64,000 bases of DNA from the NCBI GenBank assembly GCA_965662895.1, contig CBFIJH010000004.1, positions 98,073-162,072 on the forward strand, given 5' to 3'. Numbering within the stretch: position 1 is the stretch's first letter; each line of letters begins with the position of its first letter. Below, one piece after another: positions 39,664 to 50,107 of this stretch. This stretch comes from Candidatus Poseidoniaceae archaeon. Its GTDB lineage: Archaea > Thermoplasmatota > Poseidoniia > Poseidoniales > Poseidoniaceae. The notes under the pieces are model-generated. The model saw only the letters and a list, made by a program, of their open reading frames with translations. It ran no database searches and was not told where the DNA came from. The translations under genes were made by a program, and so were the position numbers.

Positions 39664-40694
39664 CATCGTATCTCGATGCCATAGTTCCAAGTCGATCCGA
39701 ACACCTCTGGCGCTACACGCCATGGTCAAGGGTTCACCCAGGAAAAGTTGATTCCATTCCACAAGTCGATGCTCCAGTTGTTAAAAGCGACGATTTCAAT
39801 CTCACCAATGTCCCCTTTGAACCACTTCCAACGAGCGATATTGCTCGTATGTTCATGAACGAAATTCTGGAAGAAACAATTGTTGTTGCATGCGATGATG
39901 GCCAAGGACACCTTCACATCCATGCGGGCGGTCATGCCGTTGCCCTTCACCTCCATTTCAAATGCTCAACGAAATCCAGCATCGTCGTCCATCTTCATGG
40001 CGAGGCGGATTGGTTCGGTCTTGCGTTCACAGGAGAGACTACGGCGAACGCCCAACTAAGTTTGGGAGTGATCAACGAATTGTCCTCCGATTCTGTTCTG
40101 GTTCGCGTTGATGACTGGAACATTCAACGTGATGGTCGGTTTGAACTTGCGACCTTGTCGATGGGTGGTCATCGAAACAAATCCGATATTCGCTCAACCT
40201 TGGTTGGAACCAACGCCTCACTCAAGCAATTTATTGCTGTTCATGGACATGGGACACGGCATGATGATCATCACATCGAAATCCATCACAAGCAACCACA
40301 TACAACCTCGCACCTGTTGTTGAACGCTGCATGCGATGACCGGAGCCATTCGATTGGAACCGGTTCTCTTACCATCGACGAAGTTGCACAGCATACGGAT
40401 GCAGGGCAGGTTTTTCGGAATCTTCTGCTCTCACCATCGTCCCGTGCTGAAGCAATACCTGAACTTGAAGTTCTTGCCAATGAAGTCGCTGCTGCGCATG
40501 GTGCTGCCTCAGCCCCCATCAATCAAGATCAACTGCACTATCTCATGAGCCGGGGCCTGTCAAAAGAAGAAGCAATTTCGATGATCGTTGAAGGGTTCCT
40601 TGTGGATGCATTTACTGGCCTTGACTCCGATCATGTTCGGGAAGCGATGCAGACACGATTGACTGTTCATCTTGAATGTCAACTCATTGGGTGA
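39660..40694 (+). CDS. sufD: Fe-S assembly protein SufD
   Basis: [35 protein letters not shown]. Confidence 0.9.
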   Translation: MTSYLDAIVPSRSEHLWRYTPWSRVHPGKVDSIPQVDAPVVKSDDFNLTNVPFEPLPTSDIARMFMNEILEETIVVACDDGQGHLHIHAGGHAVALHLHFKCSTKSSIVVHLHGEADWFGLAFTGETTANAQLSLGVINELSSDSVLVRVDDWNIQRDGRFELATLSMGGHRNKSDIRSTLVGTNASLKQFIAVHGHGTRHDDHHIEIHHKQPHTTSHLLLNAACDDRSHSIGTGSLTIDEVAQHTDAGQVFRNLLLSPSSRAEAIPELEVLANEVAAAHGAASAPINQDQLHYLMSRGLSKEEAISMIVEGFLVDAFTGLDSDHVREAMQTRLTVHLECQLIG

Positions 40695-40699
40695 TTCTC

Positions 40700-41890
40700 A
40701 TGGCGATTCAAGACGACTTTCCAATCTTGCAACGCCAAGTCAATGGGCATCGGCTCATCTACCTCGACAATGCTGCGACGACACAGAAACCTGCTGTTGT
40801 CATCGATGCGATGAATGATTACTATACCAAAAACAACGCAAACGTCCACAGAGCAGTTCACACACTTGCAGGAGAAGCAACCGATGGGTATGAGGCCTGT
40901 CGGACGACCCTAAAGACATGGTTCAACGCTGAGCGATGCATTCTCACAAGCGGGACGACCGAAGCCATCAACCTTGCAGCGCATGCATGGGGCCATCCTC
41001 AACTCAAAGGTCGTGCCATCGTTTTGACCGAAATGGAACATCATAGCGATATCGTTCCATGGCAAATGCTGGCCGAGACTTTTGGTAACGAATTACGGTA
41101 CGTACCCGTAAAGCCAGACCTGACACTCGATATGGAAGCACTCGAGGCATCCATCGAAGGCGCTGGTCTGGTTTGTGTCGTTCACACATCCAATGTTCTT
41201 GGTGTACGCAATCCAATTGAAGAGATTATTCGTATTGCACATGCGAACGGTGCAAAGGTTTTGCTCGATGCTGCCCAAGGCGCTCCCCATTGCCAAATCA
41301 ACATGGCTGAACTTGGTGCGGATATGATGGCGTTGTCGGCACACAAAATGTGTGGCCCAACCGGAATTGGTTGTCTCTTGGTGAATGAGGAAACCTTCCA
41401 AGAGATGAAGCCATTCCTTGGAGGAGGCGATATGATTGAAACCGTCACACTCGAAGGTTCAACCTACCAAACCAATGAACACAAATTCGAAGCGGGCACA
41501 CCACGCATTGCAGAAGCAATTGGATGGAATGCTGCAATGACCTATCTTGGAGAATTGAATCTTGAACAGCAACATCTCCGACTCCTCAACATTGCTCGAC
41601 ATGTTGCAAGCGAATTACGATCCATGGGAATGACCGTGTATGGGCGCCACGATGACGGTGATTCTGCGGTCGTCTCGTTCCTTCACCCCACACTTCACAG
41701 CGAAGATTTCGCTCACCTCCTCGATGCTCGTGGCGTAGCTGTTCGAACGGGCCACCATTGTGCTCAGCCTCTTTTGAACCGTTTAGGAATAAGCGGAACG
41801 GTTCGTGCCTCGTTCTACATTTACAATACCATGCAAGATGCTGAAGAATTTCTTACCCATGTTCGTGCTATTTTGGAGCGGTTTGCATGA
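40700..41890 (+). CDS. sufS: Cysteine desulfurase SufS (class II)
   Basis: YLDNAATTQKP, ANVHRA, MEHHS, DAAQ, SAHKMCGPTG, RTGHHCAQP. Confidence 0.95.
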   Translation: MAIQDDFPILQRQVNGHRLIYLDNAATTQKPAVVIDAMNDYYTKNNANVHRAVHTLAGEATDGYEACRTTLKTWFNAERCILTSGTTEAINLAAHAWGHPQLKGRAIVLTEMEHHSDIVPWQMLAETFGNELRYVPVKPDLTLDMEALEASIEGAGLVCVVHTSNVLGVRNPIEEIIRIAHANGAKVLLDAAQGAPHCQINMAELGADMMALSAHKMCGPTGIGCLLVNEETFQEMKPFLGGGDMIETVTLEGSTYQTNEHKFEAGTPRIAEAIGWNAAMTYLGELNLEQQHLRLLNIARHVASELRSMGMTVYGRHDDGDSAVVSFLHPTLHSEDFAHLLDARGVAVRTGHHCAQPLLNRLGISGTVRASFYIYNTMQDAEEFLTHVRAILERFA

Positions 41891-42297
41891 GCTACCCAGA
41901 ACAACTTTCTGAATTGATCGAAGATTTTCAATCCATTGACGACAGAATGGAGAGACTCGAATACGTCTTTGACTTAGCCTCCGAAGTCAACGAACTTCCT
42001 GTTGATGAATGGAGCGACGTAACACGAATACAGGGGTGCCAATCCGAAGCACATGTGCGCGTCGAAGTCGAAGAAAACACGGTTCGCCTTCATTCCGGTG
42101 CGGATTCCAAACTCGTTCAAGGACTCATGGGCGTGTTAACAATCGCAATCGACAATCAACCGATTGAACTTGCCTTATCGTTAACGCCTGAGTTCGCCGT
42201 TGAGATGGGCATTTTGAATTCACTCTCACCATCACGAAGCAATGGATTTCGGAACATGTTCGATAAAGTCATGAACGATTTAGAGGAGGCGCAGTAA
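41887..42297 (+). CDS. sufE: Sulfur acceptor SufE
   Basis: RIQGCQS, ADSKLVQG, LSPSRSNG. Confidence 0.9.
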   Translation: MSYPEQLSELIEDFQSIDDRMERLEYVFDLASEVNELPVDEWSDVTRIQGCQSEAHVRVEVEENTVRLHSGADSKLVQGLMGVLTIAIDNQPIELALSLTPEFAVEMGILNSLSPSRSNGFRNMFDKVMNDLEEAQ

Positions 42298-42614
42298 TGG
42301 TCGATGAAAAAGAAGTCATGCAAGCATTGCAAACGGTCGAAGATCCAGAATTGGACATTTCAATTGTCGATTTGGGATTGGTGTATGCTGTTCGCTTCGA
42401 AGATCGTGATGAAGGCAAACATGCTGAAATCGATTTGACATTGACCTCACCGGGATGCCCAGCAGCACCCGAAATCATGGCTGCTGCACATCGGGCTGCT
42501 CTGCAAACGGATGGTCTGGAGAGCGTGCACATCAATCTGGTTTGGACGCCAAGGTGGGACCCAAGAGTTCACGCTACGGAAGACGCCCGAATGGATATGG
42601 GCATTTGGGATTGA
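42297..42614 (+). CDS. sufT: DUF59/SufT Fe-S maturation factor
   Basis: VEDPELDISIVDLGLVY, TLTSPGCP, LVWTPRW. Confidence 0.88.
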   Translation: MVDEKEVMQALQTVEDPELDISIVDLGLVYAVRFEDRDEGKHAEIDLTLTSPGCPAAPEIMAAAHRAALQTDGLESVHINLVWTPRWDPRVHATEDARMDMGIWD

Positions 42615-43133
42615 CTAATTGCCAACGTGGAGTGTTACATCATCACCATCTTGTATTCCAAGACGTTCACGCAAGAACGGCCCAGAAATGACCTCAACCA
42701 CGTCGACATGTCGCGTTAAATCAGGAATCAGAATTGCACAATCGATGACCTGCTCGAGATGCGAAATTTTGGCTCGGAACGCGGTTGCCCCACCAAACGA
42801 AACCCCGTCACGTAGGAACCCGCGTACACGCAGTGCTTCAAAATCGTCCACATCCACTTCGGTTGCATCTTGCAATGCATCTTCATCTGCATCGAGTGTG
42901 TCGATTCCAGCCTTGTTTCGTAGTGCAATGTACCGGGCCAAATGTTCATCCTCGACAGTGATGTTGAGCGTACCTGGCCAAGCCGTTGTACCAAGAACGG
43001 TACGGAATTGTTCTTGGTAATGTGGTTGCGACATGAAGACATGAGCTCGACCTAAGCCGCTGCTAACGATTCCATTCAGTTGCACAATGCTATGGTGAAC
43101 ATTCTCCTTTTTCATCATGCGTGTTGAGTCCAT
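42615..43133 (-). CDS. ribK: CTP-dependent riboflavin kinase (archaeal, no HTH)
   Basis: GIVSSGLG, YQEQF..LG..WPGTLN, EVIS..LRERLGIQDGDDV. Confidence 0.85.
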   Translation of the reverse strand: MDSTRMMKKENVHHSIVQLNGIVSSGLGRAHVFMSQPHYQEQFRTVLGTTAWPGTLNITVEDEHLARYIALRNKAGIDTLDADEDALQDATEVDVDDFEALRVRGFLRDGVSFGGATAFRAKISHLEQVIDCAILIPDLTRHVDVVEVISGPFLRERLGIQDGDDVTLHVGN

Positions 43134-43183
43134 ATCTCACAAAAGCCCTTAATCAACCTCGTTGAGGGAGGGATGGTGAGACC

Positions 43184-44365
43184 GTGCCGGGCGACATGAC
43201 GTGGATGAAACAACGCTTTGATGAACTCAATGAAAAGTCGTTGTTATGGGAACCTCCGACCTTGGAAGGACCGAATGAACCGCGTTGCACAATGGAAGGA
43301 AAACCAACCATTATGCTCTCTGCGAACAATTATCTCAACCTAACGACACATCCCAAAGTGGTTCAAGCGATGGTTGATGCGACAACAACCTACGGTGCAG
43401 GCAGCGGCTCCGTACGAGCCATTGCAGGGACCATGGACCTCCACCTTGACGCAGAGCGGACAGTTGCAAAATTCAAGGGAGTTGAAGCCGCTTTGATTTA
43501 TTCAGCAGGTTATACTGCCAACGTCGGGCTTATTCCTACGCTGGTTCAAGGACCGCAAGATGTGATCATCAGCGATGAGCTCAATCACGGTTCAATCATT
43601 GATGGCGTACGCTTGACCAAAGCACGACGTGGCGTCTATGCCCACAATGACATGGGCGAACTTGAAGCAGTGCTTCGAGCCCACGAAGATGCAGAACGGA
43701 AACTCATCATTACTGACGGAGTGTTCTCCATGGATGGCGATTATGCACCACTTGACGAAGTGAACAAACTCGCCGAAGAATTTGGTGCGATGGTCCTTGT
43801 TGACGATTGTCATGGAGAAGGCGTTCTTGGGGAAGGTGGTCGCGGTATTGTTGATCATTTCAAACTCCAAGGAAAGGTGGATTTTGAAGTCGGATCGTTC
43901 TCAAAAGCACTCGGTGTACAAGGAGGAATCTTAGCGGGGACTGAGATGACCAGGACACATGCACTCAATCACTCACGGTCTTGGCTTCTTTCAGGTTCTC
44001 AACCTCCTGGTGTTGCTGCTGCACAAAAAGCTGCCATTGAAGTGTTAATGGAAGAACCTGAGCATCATGCAAAGCTTTGGGAGAATACGAATTATTTCCG
44101 CAAAGAACTGCAATCGCTTGGTTTCGATACGGGCGTGTCCTCAACACCCATCATACCCATCATGTGCGGTGAGTCTTCAACTGCAAAAGCGATGACAAAC
44201 CATCTTCAACAAGAGGGCGTAATGGCCGGCGCCATTGTCTTCCCAATGGTGGCGCGAGACAAGGCAAGAATACGAACACAAATGTCGGCTGGACTTACAA
44301 GAGAAGACTTGGATGAGGTTTTGAGACTGCTTGAATCGATTGGACCAAAGGTCGGACTGCTGTGA
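43184..44365 (+). CDS. kbl: Glycine C-acetyltransferase / AON synthase family PLP enzyme
   Basis: ANNYL, GSGSVRAIAGT, SDELNHGSIIDG, TDGVFSMDGD, DDCH, GSFSKALG, ARIR. GGTGAG RBS before GTG. Confidence 0.8.
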   Translation: MPGDMTWMKQRFDELNEKSLLWEPPTLEGPNEPRCTMEGKPTIMLSANNYLNLTTHPKVVQAMVDATTTYGAGSGSVRAIAGTMDLHLDAERTVAKFKGVEAALIYSAGYTANVGLIPTLVQGPQDVIISDELNHGSIIDGVRLTKARRGVYAHNDMGELEAVLRAHEDAERKLIITDGVFSMDGDYAPLDEVNKLAEEFGAMVLVDDCHGEGVLGEGGRGIVDHFKLQGKVDFEVGSFSKALGVQGGILAGTEMTRTHALNHSRSWLLSGSQPPGVAAAQKAAIEVLMEEPEHHAKLWENTNYFRKELQSLGFDTGVSSTPIIPIMCGESSTAKAMTNHLQQEGVMAGAIVFPMVARDKARIRTQMSAGLTREDLDEVLRLLESIGPKVGLL

Positions 44366-44369
44366 AAAC

Positions 44370-44729
44370 CTAAGATTTAATCTCAGGTTGTTCCGCATCT
44401 TCCATCAAAATGAATTCAAACGCACCAGTGGCACTGTCGTAATCAATCGAGAGAAACAAGGCCTTCATGTGCCGCTCCTCGAATGGGTCATGAAACCACG
44501 GTTGACCGCCCCTGAATATTTTGAGAATCTGCTTGTACTCTGTCATGGACATGTTGCCAGTAATCGTATATTCTGCAGACTCTGAACCTTCATCCAGCAA
44601 ATCATCCCCCTCCTGACCACGGATCACGGTTCGTTGCAATCGTCGTTTCACGCTCATATGGACGTTGCAGTTTGTAATCTTGTGCCAGTCTTTGCCGACC
44701 GATGCAATAAAGCACTCATTGACTTCCAT
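44370..44729 (-). CDS. Hypothetical protein resembling phage tail tube-fold proteins (Mu DNA-circulation N-terminal / P2 GpU-like)
   Basis: KRRLQRTVIRGQEGDDLLDEGSESAEYTITG...FHDPF...FEFILMED. Similarity by eye only. Confidence 0.4.
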   Translation of the reverse strand: MEVNECFIASVGKDWHKITNCNVHMSVKRRLQRTVIRGQEGDDLLDEGSESAEYTITGNMSMTEYKQILKIFRGGQPWFHDPFEERHMKALFLSIDYDSATGAFEFILMEDAEQPEIKS

Positions 44730-44794
44730 GAGATTGATACTTACCAGTCAATGTTATAGATGTTTCAACAACGTCTCTTTGCCAACTGTTGGAC

Positions 44795-45409
44795 TTATTC
44801 GGATTCAAACGCGTCGACGACTTCGAGCAGTTCAAGGTCACTTCCCGCTATCTCGTCCGCAGATTCTTGTGGATGAGGAACATCCGCCTTTCCTCCAGCA
44901 AATGGGTTCACACCCTCATCAATCAAGCAAAGAAGACGCCATCGAGGCGCCCACGAGAGGTGAACGTAAGCAGGACCAGGGAGCAAGAGGATAAACAGAG
45001 AAATTCCACCAGGTACATCGAGAATGTTCGAGTAGTCGAGCCCAAGCAGACCGATTCCGAAAAACGGCATCGGGTAAAGGAGAAGCCGAGGCGGCGCCAT
45101 CGGCATGCGATTTGAAAAGGCAACCAAGATCAACGAAGAAAAGCCTAGTACTAGGCAAGCTGCCATAAACAGTGCTGAAAATACGAGCCAGTTGGAGAAG
45201 GATTCATTCATACTATCGTAACGAAGTGTGTATGGAAAAATCAGTGCCAAACTAATGAGGAAGCCATAGAACATACCAATGTTGGCAGGATGGGACAACC
45301 ATAACGGAAGTCGAGAGAACCGACGAGAGAGCGATGTCCCGAATAAGAGGTCCTTCTGTTCTTCATTCAGTTCTGAGATGACCTCAGACCAACGAGTTGA
45401 AGGCTCCAT
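44795..45409 (-). CDS. Hypothetical membrane protein
   Basis: 4 hydrophobic segments, acidic C-terminal tail. Confidence 0.6.
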   Translation of the reverse strand: MEPSTRWSEVISELNEEQKDLLFGTSLSRRFSRLPLWLSHPANIGMFYGFLISLALIFPYTLRYDSMNESFSNWLVFSALFMAACLVLGFSSLILVAFSNRMPMAPPRLLLYPMPFFGIGLLGLDYSNILDVPGGISLFILLLPGPAYVHLSWAPRWRLLCLIDEGVNPFAGGKADVPHPQESADEIAGSDLELLEVVDAFESE

Positions 45410-45467
45410 GATGATATGCTGACAAGTTGAGGTTTTCAATGCACCCGTTCATGCATCGAGAATTTGT

Positions 45468-46109
45468 CTATTCTTGACCCATTAATTTCTTTGCAATTGG
45501 TCCTGCTGCATCTTCAAGTTCCATCTCTTCAGGCCATTCTCGCTCAAGCAACCCATAATCCAATCCTTCACGTTGACGCGCATGCTCGATGTCGTCCTCT
45601 AGATTGTTGTGGGCATCTCGCAGAGCAAGAGATTGATTGAGCAAAGCCATGGTTCGACGAAGGTTGGAATCAATCGTCTTCGATTCTGTGAAAAAGCCAA
45701 GTATGGTGTAATCATCATCCGTAGCGACCAAGTTGAAACCAGAAAGAAGATCGTCAGCAATCAAGCGATAGCGAACTTGTCCGGCTTTGACCCATCGCCC
45801 ATCCATCAATCGAATCATGACTTCAGCATCCTTATCCGAATCGAGTTCCATCATCGGATGGGGTGGATTGACTGCGAAAGGCATCTGCTGCCAACGCTTC
45901 CATTCCCTCCACCCAAGACCGAGAAGAGCGACAAATGCACACGCAAAAATAAGGCTAAGCACAATCGTACGGAAAACGATGATTCCAAGCACTGGCGTCA
46001 TTAAGAAAGCAGCATAACGAAGAAACAGACGTCGTGATTGATCTTGAGCTTTTGGCGTCTGAGCAAACACAACAAAATGCTCAGGAAGACCTTCCTCAAA
46101 CCGACTCAT
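45468..46109 (-). CDS. Hypothetical membrane protein
   Basis: Two N-terminal TMs then a soluble domain. Overlaps the DUF309 stop. Confidence 0.6.
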   Translation of the reverse strand: MSRFEEGLPEHFVVFAQTPKAQDQSRRLFLRYAAFLMTPVLGIIVFRTIVLSLIFACAFVALLGLGWREWKRWQQMPFAVNPPHPMMELDSDKDAEVMIRLMDGRWVKAGQVRYRLIADDLLSGFNLVATDDDYTILGFFTESKTIDSNLRRTMALLNQSLALRDAHNNLEDDIEHARQREGLDYGLLEREWPEEMELEDAAGPIAKKLMGQE

Positions 46110-46498
46110 CCCTCCACCCCTGATGATTCAGGCAACCGCATGTCTTCATAGGTTTGTTTCCAGGTGTCAACATCATCGACGTATACCGATATGTTCTGCA
46201 TGTGCAACGCAATATCGAAGCCCCAGGCGTCCTTCCAAGGTGCGAGTTTTGGAACCAATTTCTCCCATTGATTCCGAACCCCTCGGGGTTTTTTACGCTG
46301 ATGGTTATAGAGCAATGCTGCAGTTTGAATCAGACCTTGAATCAACAATATCTCATCCTTCGCAGCGTTTCTTTGCTTAAGAGCATTCCATAGGTCCTCC
46401 CAAGCCTCGTGTGCGTGCCAATACCGGCCGGTGTCGAAATCAAGCCGTCCTTTCTGGAGCAATTCCGATTCCTGCGCGGAAAGTGGTGATGGCTCCAT
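46106..46498 (-). CDS. DUF309 family protein
   Basis: FDTGRYWHAHEAWEDLW...QGLIQTAA..YNH. Confidence 0.85.
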   Translation of the reverse strand: MEPSPLSAQESELLQKGRLDFDTGRYWHAHEAWEDLWNALKQRNAAKDEILLIQGLIQTAALLYNHQRKKPRGVRNQWEKLVPKLAPWKDAWGFDIALHMQNISVYVDDVDTWKQTYEDMRLPESSGVEG

Positions 46499-46601
46499 GA
46501 TTGGCCGAAACCTTCGACCATTGAAATGCTTCTCATTCGGCTTCAAAGGGCACACAGTTCAAAAGACAAAAGGAAATGTTCCCCAACGCGGGGTGGATTT
46601 T

Positions 46602-48281
46602 GTGCCAGTTTTTGTTGCAGGAGATGTGCTTGAAACTCGTCGCGGAGGTGTCGATGTTCTCCGCCATCTCGCACAGGAATTGGCTACCCTAGAGCGTCAT
46701 GGATCGATCCAAATCTTACGCAATGTTCCCAAAGTTGGACAACGGATTGGCCACCTTCTGATTTACGACGGAACCCTCGCAGCGGCTTTTCACGATGCTG
46801 ATGCAGAACGGTACGGTATCGAAGCCTTGCTTGAGATTGAGTCCGATGCTGCTGCACTCGATGCTCATGTAAGCCTTCATGAATTGTCAGAAGCAGCCTA
46901 CATGACCACGTTATCTGAGCATCCTTCTGCCCGGCTTATCGTTCCTGAAAAGGAAGCACGAGATGAATCGTGGTGGACAACTGTACGTGCACCTCGACGA
47001 CGCATTGACCGAGAGGATCGTTTGCCTGAATTGAAACCAAGTGTTCCAGTTCCTGAAGCATTACGAAGGAAAAGTGAGGCCCGATTGAAAAACCGCGATG
47101 GGCCTGTCCTTATGCGTGGACAAGCGTGGCTTGAACACACCATTGAACCGGATGAAGTGTTCCAGTTGGCAAGCATTCTTGGTGAAATGCAACAACCATA
47201 CTTGGTCATTTCACGACAAGCACCAACTCGAGTCGAGGCGAATTATTCCATCGATATGCAACACTATCGATGGTTGTCAGAGACTGAACATGTCAATACG
47301 CTAGAGCCGTCTCTGGAAACCATCCGCCAAACCATCGAACAGTTCTTTTCCGAGCATCCATCGAGCGTCTTTATTTTCGAAGGCATTGAGTATCTTTCAG
47401 GTATCCATGGAGAGGCTCGAGTCATTGAAATGATTCGAAGTATCGTCGACCATGTGCGATTTGAGGGGCATGTTTGCATCCTTTCTTCAAACCTTGAAGC
47501 CTTCAACATTCAACAGCGAGCACGTTTGGAACGAGAGTTTCGCAAATTAGAATCCAACCAGATACAAGCATGGTTGCTTGATATTGATTTGCTTCGCCAC
47601 CACCCATATTTCACTGCAATGGACGAAGAAGTCGAAACAGCTCTTGCAGAACACATCAGTGCGAATCTGCCTGAGCCGAGTTTCGAACCAACCACGCAAA
47701 CGCAGCCGCTGGTTGAACAAGTCCCATTGCCTGTTGAGCATCAATCCATGAGGGTTGATGATGAATTAAGAAAGAAGATGCAAGCCTGGGCAAGCGAAGA
47801 ACCTGAAACTGTGGAAACAAAGGCTAAGATTCAAGTTGTTGAAGAATCTGAAAGAAAAAAGGAGTCAAAACCTGCTAAAGGCCCACGAATTCCTCAACGC
47901 ATTGTCCGCAAACGGAAATATGTTGCATCAACAAGCAAGCAGACAACGATCGACGCTGCTGCAAACAAAAACATCGAATTGCCTTCGTTTCACACTCCAA
48001 CGCCTGGTAAACCATTCGTCCCTATTCCAGCCGATAAAAAGCACAAACTTCCTCAACCAAAACCCTCCTATGCTCAACGAGGGATGAATCAGGCTGCTGC
48101 ATCAACATCAACAAAAAAACAGGCGCAATTTCCGCCAATCCAAGCCAAGAGAAAACTGGCAACTTCACTTCCGATTGTGAAACAACCGATTGAAGCGGTT
48201 GAGCCATCGCCGCATGCTCGCGAATATGCTTCTGTACAACAGACAATACCCGACGAATCTGAACAGGAGGAAGACGCATGA
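46602..48281 (+). CDS. DUF835 (inactive KaiC-like) domain protein with N-terminal DUF2226/PATAN-like region and Pro/Lys-rich tail
   Basis: YLVISRQAP..WLSE..LEPSLETI..VFIFEGIEYL (DUF835); N-terminal GSIQI..GHLLIYDG..AAF..YGIEALLEI. GTG start at 46602. Confidence 0.7.
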   Translation: MPVFVAGDVLETRRGGVDVLRHLAQELATLERHGSIQILRNVPKVGQRIGHLLIYDGTLAAAFHDADAERYGIEALLEIESDAAALDAHVSLHELSEAAYMTTLSEHPSARLIVPEKEARDESWWTTVRAPRRRIDREDRLPELKPSVPVPEALRRKSEARLKNRDGPVLMRGQAWLEHTIEPDEVFQLASILGEMQQPYLVISRQAPTRVEANYSIDMQHYRWLSETEHVNTLEPSLETIRQTIEQFFSEHPSSVFIFEGIEYLSGIHGEARVIEMIRSIVDHVRFEGHVCILSSNLEAFNIQQRARLEREFRKLESNQIQAWLLDIDLLRHHPYFTAMDEEVETALAEHISANLPEPSFEPTTQTQPLVEQVPLPVEHQSMRVDDELRKKMQAWASEEPETVETKAKIQVVEESERKKESKPAKGPRIPQRIVRKRKYVASTSKQTTIDAAANKNIELPSFHTPTPGKPFVPIPADKKHKLPQPKPSYAQRGMNQAAASTSTKKQAQFPPIQAKRKLATSLPIVKQPIEAVEPSPHAREYASVQQTIPDESEQEEDA

Positions 48282-50107
48282 GTATTGAGCGTACCAACCG
48301 ATTGCGGATTGCTCTGCAAAAAGCAAAATCCGGTCTTGGAAGACAAGAAGAGACCCCTGTTGACAATCCATCGAAACTCGGCCGATTGCTCAACAAGAAA
48401 CGAACAATCCCCAAGGAGCGTGGTTTCATCCAATCGCAACCCATCCATGAGCGTCCGGTTTTCGATGCAATCAGCAAGGAGGTATTGGGTGACAAAACCG
48501 AATACGAGCCTTTGATTGAACTTGATCGAGACCATCCTGTCTCCAGATTGAAGGATTTGCGAGAGCGAAGAAACGATGCACCGATTCCGGAAGGAAACCT
48601 CGGTGAAAAAATAGGATTTTCAGCCACTGGTCAACCGTTGTGGTCGACCATCTTGGACCAGCAAAGAAACACTTCAATCAATTCGCTTCCAGAAGAATTA
48701 GCAACACATCCGTCCGGCGAGAAAGGACATCACAGCAATGTTCTTCGAAATCAAGCCGACTGGCCAATGCGCTTGAAATTGAATGAACGAAAAACGTTCA
48801 AGCATTGGAAAGTAACTCCAGAAAATTCGCACGCAACGAAGGTATGCGAATCGATTGTCGATAACCTCGGAGAGCGCCATAATCCCCACATTCTTCTTGG
48901 TGAGCGTGAGGTAGGAAAGAGCCATCTTTTGCATGCAACCGGGCAGAGCGTGTTGCGATATTTCGATGGTGATGTGCGAATTATACGGGCTACGGATACA
49001 ATCAGCCTTGCTGCAATTCCAAACGATTGGCACGAGGCAATTGCCTCGACAGCGCTTCTTCTCATCGATGATGTCCATCTCATTGCAGAGCATGAACAGC
49101 ATGCTCAAAGCATGGGCCACATCGTAGACCATGCGTTAAATCTCGGCGTTCACGTTCTGGTGTCATCAACATCGCATCCAAGCGAGTGGAATTCATCAAG
49201 ACTCTGGGAAATGTTACGCCACGCCTCGGTTTCGACCATCCACCCTACATCAGAAGCAAGTTTGGCTATGCACGTCAAGCAACAGGCTTCGTTGCTTGGA
49301 ATGCTCTTTGAAGACATCCATACGATGGAGGTATTGAAGCAAAGTGGTGCATCATGGAGGGGAGTCGAGGCAGCTTTGTCTGCCCTTAAGGACGCCCGTG
49401 ATCTCGGCCAAACTGTCGTCGAACCTGAGGACATCGGTATCATTCTCAGTGGCCGACAAAGCCAAGCATCGGAAACGATGGAAATGCCCTCCAAGACTTC
49501 GATTTCGCTCGCATCAGATATCTTCAAGCGCGCAACAGACGTTGTTTATTCCGAGGTGGATGTTGGTGGTATCGAGCTCCATACTGATGCAATTCTTGAT
49601 GACGAGGACGATGATTGGGAACCGTCAGTGGTGACGGCCGAGGATCTTACGACTGCGAACGATTTGCTTGAAATGCACTTGAAAACAACGCTTGAGGAGT
49701 TGACACCTGAAGCACCGAACGTGCTTGATGCTGATTCTCAAGATCGCCACCTTACGCACCAACTGGGGACGGTTGAAGGCCTTGACGTTGAGCGAACTGC
49801 AAATGTTTTGGCAGGAATTGATGCTTCCATAGATGAAGCGTTAGCGGAACGTGAAAAGATCATTGTACGTGATGATTTACGCTTGCGGCACCTTGAGTTG
49901 ATGATGGAAAACCTTCTCGAACGAACGGCTCATGCGGATGCAAATGAACTCAACGACATTGTCGATGAACTTCGAGTGATTGAGCATGAACTTGGACTCG
50001 TTAGCGAAGATGCAATGGAAGCATTCGAATTGGAAGATGAAGAAATCAGGATTGCTCACCTCGCAACAATAAAACCAACAACTCGACTTTTGGGTGAGGA
50101 AGAATGA
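48278..50107 (+). CDS. DnaA/Hda-type AAA+ ATPase domain protein lacking DnaA domain IV
   Basis: LNERKTFKHW...N..A...NPHILLGEREVGKSHLLHA...LLLIDDVHLIA...VLVSS..P...RL...RGVEAAL matches DnaA domain III in order. Confidence 0.8.
   Translation: MSIERTNRLRIALQKAKSGLGRQEETPVDNPSKLGRLLNKKRTIPKERGFIQSQPIHERPVFDAISKEVLGDKTEYEPLIELDRDHPVSRLKDLRERRNDAPIPEGNLGEKIGFSATGQPLWSTILDQQRNTSINSLPEELATHPSGEKGHHSNVLRNQADWPMRLKLNERKTFKHWKVTPENSHATKVCESIVDNLGERHNPHILLGEREVGKSHLLHATGQSVLRYFDGDVRIIRATDTISLAAIPNDWHEAIASTALLLIDDVHLIAEHEQHAQSMGHIVDHALNLGVHVLVSSTSHPSEWNSSRLWEMLRHASVSTIHPTSEASLAMHVKQQASLLGMLFEDIHTMEVLKQSGASWRGVEAALSALKDARDLGQTVVEPEDIGIILSGRQSQASETMEMPSKTSISLASDIFKRATDVVYSEVDVGGIELHTDAILDDEDDDWEPSVVTAEDLTTANDLLEMHLKTTLEELTPEAPNVLDADSQDRHLTHQLGTVEGLDVERTANVLAGIDASIDEALAEREKIIVRDDLRLRHLELMMENLLERTAHADANELNDIVDELRVIEHELGLVSEDAMEAFELEDEEIRIAHLATIKPTTRLLGEEE

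Noticed and set aside
43184-44365. Serine palmitoyltransferase (sphingolipid) interpretation together with the Aur1-like genes
   Set aside because: The motifs fit the Kbl-related subgroup, no acyl carrier or reductase gene is adjacent, and the claim cannot be supported without phylogeny.
46431-46601. N-terminal extension of the DUF835 ORF
   Set aside because: It overlaps DUF309 antisense and the divergent promoter; the GTG at 46602 has an RBS-like GGTGGA.
48278-50107. Calling this gene dnaA (a true initiator) or treating the contig as a bacterial chimera
   Set aside because: No domain IV HTH, the Arg finger is missing, no dnaN or obvious DnaA-box cluster is adjacent, and it is translationally coupled to an archaeal DUF835 gene of similar composition.
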